Below are positions 58,401-64,000 of a DNA stretch of 64,000 nt, piece by piece (the stretch's first letter is position 1; each line of letters opens with the position of its first letter). Source of the stretch: Tubiluchus corallicola (lineage: Eukaryota > Animalia > Priapulida); the NCBI GenBank assembly GCA_030141605.1, contig JAQGDQ010000166.1, positions 228,661 through 292,660 on the forward strand, given 5' to 3'. Position numbers and translations under genes: made by a program. The notes under the pieces are model-generated. The model was not told the DNA's origin and made no database searches. It was given only the letters and a program-made list of their open reading frames with translations.

Positions 58401-61400
58401 AATGCGGCCGTACTAAAAAGCAACTACGTATTGAAAGACTTGAGCCCTTTTAAGCAGGCAAACTGCACACTGCTTGACGACGCAGAACTCACCAGTGCAA
58501 TGGATGCCATGAAACCTGTTTGTACACGTGCATTTTCCGTTCACGTTGTCGCATGACTCCGTATTGTTAGGGAAGCATTCGCACGGCTCCTGGCAGTCTA
58601 GTCCAAACGTGAGAGCCTCGCATTCTGTAAATACGCAAAGATCTGCAAAGTTTGCAGTATCATAACACAATATAACACGTTAATGTAACAATATCTTAAC
58701 TCCTTCAGGACGTGCATTTCCTGCATTTAACATGGGTTCATGAAAAACTGCTCTCACTAAGCAACGATTATGTTATATTTGATAATTTATGTAGGTTTCT
58801 AATCCTCACATATTGGATTTTCATGCAAAATTATACATGCAATGCATCTGCTTACGTTAGACAAATTACAAATCATTTTGAAGAAAAAATTGAAAAACTT
58901 TCAGTAACTGCAAGTTTTGCACTGTAACAATGTACAGTATCACTTGTGTGAAATCGGCTAATGCAGAAAATTACAACTATCCAGACACAACACTCTGATA
59001 CATTTTGGCCTCATGTCTACTCTTTTTTTAAGAAGAAATTCCTGTTAGAAGATGAAACGCTCTTAATTTCTCCTTGGCTAATCGGTTGGCTTTTCCTGGA
59101 ACTATGCACAGCCGACACGAGTTGTAACAAGGAGGCAATCAATAACACAGTGTGTACGATCACGCAAGTACACTAGACTAAGCTAGTCAATTAGCCAAGC
59201 TGGAATGCCTGAAGATGGAGTGTTTTTCTTAATTTTATCCAATTAAATCACTTACAAATGTTTAAACAAATAAAATGATTGGACAGCCGAGATTCTCCTG
59301 AATAGAATAGTACCTAATTTGTAATCATTTAGTTACGTCTGTTCTCATACAGTAGCAGAATAGGTCTTTTAAGACCTATTTTGAATCGTGTAGAACTGAA
59401 GGTGCTAAAAGCAGACTTTCGACCACAAATACCAATCTGTATCATGTTCATTACGCAAACAATGTTAAAGCTAGAGATGACAATACCCAATGAACAGTTG
59501 ATGCCACGAGAACCATTACATATACATCTTCCAGACACTGCATCACATATATCAGTACCGATGCAGTTACACGGCTGCAGACATCCTAGACCGTAGAAAC
59601 TTTCTTCACACGCTGAAAAAATATGCTTCGTTAAAATCACAAACAATTTCACGTCATAATCACAACCAACTTAATTAACCAGAAATTTAATTAAGGTTAA
59701 TTAACCTTTAACCTTGATTAAAATAAATTCTTCCTCTACCAGCTGTTCTTATGAAATTATTACATTCATAATAAATAAGGGATGTGAACCGTACAACTAA
59801 TTTCTCTAACACGGTGCAGCCAAGTTATGTAACATAAAACATATTTATTTAGCACACATGATTTAAAAACTCAGTGTTTTGAAGAAATCACAAAAATTTT
59901 TATATTAAATTCAACATTACAATAAAGTAAAAGACATGGTGATTTCTTCGCTTCCAATGAGGAGACTAAAAAACGTGCTCAATTCTGATTGGCTGACCAA
60001 CTAAATGTATACAACGAAGCCAAGTTTTACAAGCATAAAATTATTCATCATAAAAAGTACAATTTAAACAAACGTGTTTTAAGATGTTATTTAAAACAAT
60101 CTAATGAATTTGTAGAACGTATAGCACCAGGTAGGTTATTCCAGAGACGTGGAGCTCAGACAGAAAAAAGCTTTTTCACCATAGAATACTGTATTAGGAA
60201 TTAGCTGATGTAAATGAATTTGTTCAAGTCTATGTTACGGCGTATTGAAAAATCAGTAAGGTATGCAGGCGCCAGACCATGTAGTATTTTGTAGGTGGTA
60301 CAGAGAATTTTAAATTAAGTTCAGAACTTTATAGACTTATCATTATCAAAGTAGTATTACAGTAATATTAATAAGTAAACAGGGGCGGATCCAGGATTTT
60401 TGAGAGGGGTGGAAATGCGAACAAGCAGAAAGGCGGATGCAGAGCCCACTGCGCAGTTGCTGTAGGTCAAAGGTTAAGTGTACCACAGCAACGCGTCTTA
60501 ACTACAAGCGTCGCATGACATGTGGGTAAACAAAGCCGTCTGTTGGGTTAGTTCAGTAGCTTCAGTTATTTTACGTGAACTTTACTTAATTATGCATTAG
60601 CCTGTGCGTAAAGTGATTTACTAGCAGGATGTTGCTTGGAAACAAGAAAAACTGAAATAGGTAAGTTTCTAGCTAGCTGATAAAACTGTTACTATTGCAA
60701 TTTAGCATGGGCTGCAAGGCATTGTGAAGTGTACAAGAATGCGTTGTCTGGTACACTTAACCTTTGACCTTTTCACTCATCACTCAATTTTTGGAACTGT
60801 GAAAAGGCTTAATCCTACTGCTATAATCGATACTTACGCATCTCACACTTGTCTCCTCTCCATCCAGCAGTGCATTTGCACTCGCCGTTGATGCGATCAC
60901 AGCTAGCTCCGTGCGAACAATCGCACTGGTGCGAACAGCCGAACCCGTACGTGAACTCCGGACACGCTAAAACAAGATTAGTGAATACAATCACCGACTT
61001 TGAAGAGCATTACAAACAAAAAAATCCACTATTAATAACTCGCTCAATTCAGGGATAAGATTATGTCGTTACTAGCAAAATACTAATACTAAAATGTCAA
61101 ATAGACTACAAAAAGCATATAATTAGTTAAGCAGTAATTTGCATCATTAACCCTTATCCACCGGAAATATTTCATCATCGTGTGAATACTGCTACTGGGG
61201 TGTAATGACACCCCATGCATCGATACAGAAGAAATGTTACTGTACAACTTCTGTTGGTCATTAAACTTACTCATATCTTCGCAAAACGGTCGCAACACCT
61301 ACGTCATATCTTTGAGGTATCCTGTCTGCTCATAAACAATTATAAGAGCAAAATTATCTCCAAGGCCAAGTATAGACCATTTTTCCTTTTGCCTTTTTTC

Positions 61401-63952
61401 GAGTAGAAATCTGACTCACTTTCGACGAGACAATAATAATTAATGCAGCATCAACAGGTACTTACGCTGATCGCAATGTTTTCCCATCCATCCGGATGTA
61501 CAGTTACAAAATCCGGTCACGTGATTACAATCAGCATCATTCTTACACAGGCACTCTTCCTTACAGCCTGGACCGAATGAACCGCTAGCACATTCTACAA
61601 TGCAGACAAATAACACTTGAAGTCAACAGCAGTGCAAATGAAATGACGTTATATGTACATAGAAACACATACATATCGTTGTTAATTACTGAGTGATTAC
61701 ATACATTATTTAGCTACATAAATACATTTTTGAACACGGAAGTCTACTTATAAATGTTTATAGCTGGAGAGCGGAGACACAGGGTGTAACAATACATTTT
61801 ATATGTGTGCTTGCATGGCAAAAATGTGCATAAGTCAGCATCTCTGCATAAGTTATGCTTCTCTGGTTATTCACATATCCCGAATCATTTTGATACCAAG
61901 CTCATCACTCTATGTTATTTCTAAGCTGAGATAATTCATGTTGAAGTCGAGGTGCAGGCTACACATTGAAAAAAATAACCTTGAGAAAATCACTGTTAAA
62001 GTCAGCCATTGTTTTTTGTTGTGTTTCTACAAAGCACTTAGCAACCGTACAAATGTTGGTTGCTACGGACATTGCAAGAACACATCGATGTTATGTTTAA
62101 ATCCAGTAGATGGCTCTTCCTGACAAAGATCTGGGCTTGGCAACAGAAAAAACCCGAAGCAAAATGATTGCTTCTACGAGCTACTATCAGAGTTTGAAGT
62201 CTTTTTATAATTGCAATAGTGCCTGAAAAATCGGTACTGCGTCATAAAATTAGATTTTTGAAATTTTCTGAACACTTTCTTGGAAATTTAATGCTGGACT
62301 ATAAAAGTCCAATATATTTAGCATTTGTTTTTATAAAAAAACAAAAAGTTGACATTTGATCAAATTTTTGGCACTATGCTGACTTATGGACGGTCTTGGT
62401 TTGCAAGCAGACATATGTTAAAAAATTCTAGCTTGTACAAGCTTGTACATATTATTCAGCAGTCAATTACTCTAACTGCATCAGCACAATGTTCCAACGC
62501 ACAGCACAAACAGCTCCACCAATATTCTGTGTATTTTTCATCACTTTTCAAGGACAAGAATTTAAAAACACAGATTAGAAAAATCGTTTTGAAATTTTGC
62601 ACCACTTACATGCTGTTTTATTGCATACAGGGCTAGCATTAGCAGTAACACTGCATAAACAATGAATGTTTAAGGCTCTCGCGATGACAATTTGGTGCAA
62701 CCATTTTAACGGTAAGTCATTTGAAACAAGTTTCGATAACATTGAGTAAAGTTTGAAAAAATAATCAAAGCATTGGTAGAACAGTCTTCACTAAAAAAGT
62801 AAATGCATAAATTACTTTGTATAGTCAACAGGAACAATAATGTGTCTTTGGTGAATCAATGGTGTACACTGGGATGGCGATGCAGTGATGTTTCACTATG
62901 TGGCACAAGTCTTTTCCAGCTACACAAGTCTTTCAAACAGGTAAGCATAGTGAAAAGCAATATAACTTTGTACGGAAAGTTTTTTGGATTAGGCTTTAAA
63001 ATTCCCTTTTCTTTCCCTTTAATAATGAAAGTGGAAATCATTTATAGCCTTAGCTATATCACAATGATCACCATTTACAGACTTACCTATATCACAATGA
63101 TCAGCATTTACAGTCTTACCTATATCACAATGATCACCATTTACAGACTTACCTATATCACAATGATCAGCATTTACAGCCTTACCTGCATCACAATGAT
63201 CACCATTTACAGTCTTACCTATATCACAATGATCAGCACTTACAGTCTTACCTATATCACAATGATCACCATTTACAGTCTTACCTATATCACAATGATC
63301 ACCATTTACAGCCTTACCTATATCACAATGATCACCATTTACAGTCTTACCTATATCACAATGATCAGCATTTACAGCCTTACCTATATCACAATGATCA
63401 CCATTTACAGATTTACCTATATCACAATGATTAGCATTTACAGCCTTACCTGCATCACAATGATCACCATTTACAGTCTTACCTATATCACAATGATCAG
63501 CATTTACAGTCTTACCTATATCACAATGATCACCATTTACAGTCTTACCTATATCACAATGATCAGCATTTACAGCCTTACCTATATCACAATGATCACC
63601 ATTTACAGTCTTACCTATATCACAATGATCACCATTCACAGACTTACCTGCATCACAATGATCACCATTTACAGTCTTACCTATATCACAATGATCACCA
63701 TTTACAGACTTGCCTGCATCACAATGATCACCATTTACAGTGTTACCTATATCACAATGATCAGCATTTACAGCCTTACCTATATCACAATGATTAGCAT
63801 TTACAGCCTTACCTATATCACAATGATCACCCTTATAGCCCTCAGCACAGGTACATTCTCCAGTAATGGCACTGCAGCTACTGAAATGTTCACATGGGCA
63901 CCTTTCTTTACAGTCGAGTCCATAAGTGCCTAACTGACAAGGAACAGAACAC
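47816..63952 (-). CDS. MEGF10/11-Draper/CED-1-like multiple EGF-like domain type I membrane receptor (3' part; 5' end outside window)
   Basis: Exons 63952-63813, 61594-61466, 60966-60838, 59612-59487, 58624-58493, 56223-56095, 53560-53299, 52614-52412 and 49482-47816 join in frame. Seven 8-Cys EGF/laminin-like repeats (C..G.YG..C...C.C....C..V.G.C.C..GW.G..C), TM helix [27 protein letters not shown] stop-transfer, NPNY and NPIY motifs. Confidence 0.88.
51175..52023. mobile_element. Interspersed repeat family D; other copies ~55270-56025, 61830-62420(-), 42300-42660(-), 31935-32165
   Basis: Shared ggaagagccatctac...gattatctcagcttagaaataaca blocks. Confidence 0.7.
52300..52455 (-). repeat. 53-bp triplication containing the donor of the MEGF-like NPxY exon
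   Basis: ACAG|GTAAA boundaries at 52412, 52359 and 52306. Confidence 0.92.
52412..52614 (-). CDS. MEGF-like juxtamembrane cytoplasmic exon (NPxY)
   Basis: [11 protein letters not shown]...[10 protein letters not shown]...[25 protein letters not shown]; phases 2/1 match neighbours. Confidence 0.82.
53299..53560 (-). CDS. MEGF-like last EGF + transmembrane exon
   Basis: [10 protein letters not shown]...GDTCEV...[31 protein letters not shown]. Confidence 0.9.
54088..55059. mobile_element. pogo/Tigger-like MITE; fragments at ~8480-9052 and 41890-41995
   Basis: CAGCAGTCGCCGCTTAATAGACTC...GAGTCTATTAAGCGGCGCCTACTG|TA. Confidence 0.8.
56095..56223 (-). CDS. MEGF-like EGF exon
   Basis: [42 protein letters not shown]. 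Confidence 0.9.
56528..57080. repeat. 68-bp tandem repeat (~8 copies) inside a TA|CAGT-type MITE end
   Basis: gtttcaagggaccgtcaaaatttgctcgctataaccgagtctcgtt units after tacagtataatc. Confidence 0.88.
58493..58624 (-). CDS. MEGF-like EGF exon
   Basis: [43 protein letters not shown]. Confidence 0.88.
59487..59612 (-). CDS. MEGF-like EGF exon
   Basis: [41 protein letters not shown]. Confidence 0.88.
60040..60315 (-). mobile_element. L2-like LINE 3' fragment
   Basis: [13 protein letters not shown] and APRLWNNLP...HLKTRLF motifs. Confidence 0.7.
60838..60966 (-). CDS. MEGF-like EGF exon
   Basis: [42 protein letters not shown]. Confidence 0.9.
61466..61594 (-). CDS. MEGF-like EGF exon
   Basis: [42 protein letters not shown], 129 nt phase 1/1. 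Confidence 0.9.
63040..63832 (-). repeat. 33-bp in-frame minisatellite (24 copies) starting inside a MEGF-like exon and repeating its donor
   Basis: Unit ggtgatcattgtgatatag|gtaagactgtaaat; ORF 63019-63972 reads through all units. Confidence 0.95.
63813..63952 (-). CDS. MEGF-like EGF exon
   Basis: [46 protein letters not shown]; 3' boundary ambiguous because the donor is tandemly repeated. Confidence 0.85.
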
Positions 63953-64000
63953 CTGTAAGATCTGATCAACATTTGACATTGACATGTGTTTACTCTAACA

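Noticed and set aside
62803-63933. 376-aa plus-strand ORF ([11 protein letters not shown] repeats)
   Set aside because: Antisense reading of the stop-free 33-bp array preceded by TE-derived sequence; no independent gene evidence.

Overview
AT-rich, intron-rich invertebrate-type animal genomic DNA (species not determinable from sequence alone). Three spliced genes can be reconstructed by hand with phase-consistent exons. (1) The mitochondrial ankyrin/AAA+ disaggregase CLPB (Skd3) is on the minus strand, with 14 coding exons at 20382->424 and its last exon off the left edge. (2) The piRNA-pathway gene maelstrom (HMG-like box + MAEL domain, 14 coding exons, 22116-42907, 494 aa) lies head-to-head with CLPB. 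(3) The 3' part of a MEGF10/11/Draper-like multi-EGF receptor is on the minus strand (9 exons, 63952->47816) with a long tyrosine-motif-rich tail. Introns are packed with TTAA-flanked, TA-flanked, Harbinger-like and hAT-like MITEs, LINE fragments and mini/microsatellites. The most unusual pattern is that at least five tandem arrays are built from a unit straddling a real exon-intron junction, giving runs of 3-24 copies of a splice site. One of them (33 bp, perfectly in frame, in the MEGF gene) could yield a ladder of receptor isoforms. Also found: a minimal hammerhead ribozyme inside an inverted repeat antisense in a mael intron, a 5S-rRNA-derived SINE-like element, a tRNA-like element, a 54-bp palindromic micro-transposon with an 8-bp TSD, and a GC-AG intron. 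TE boundaries are approximate and all homology calls are from recognition, not database searches.
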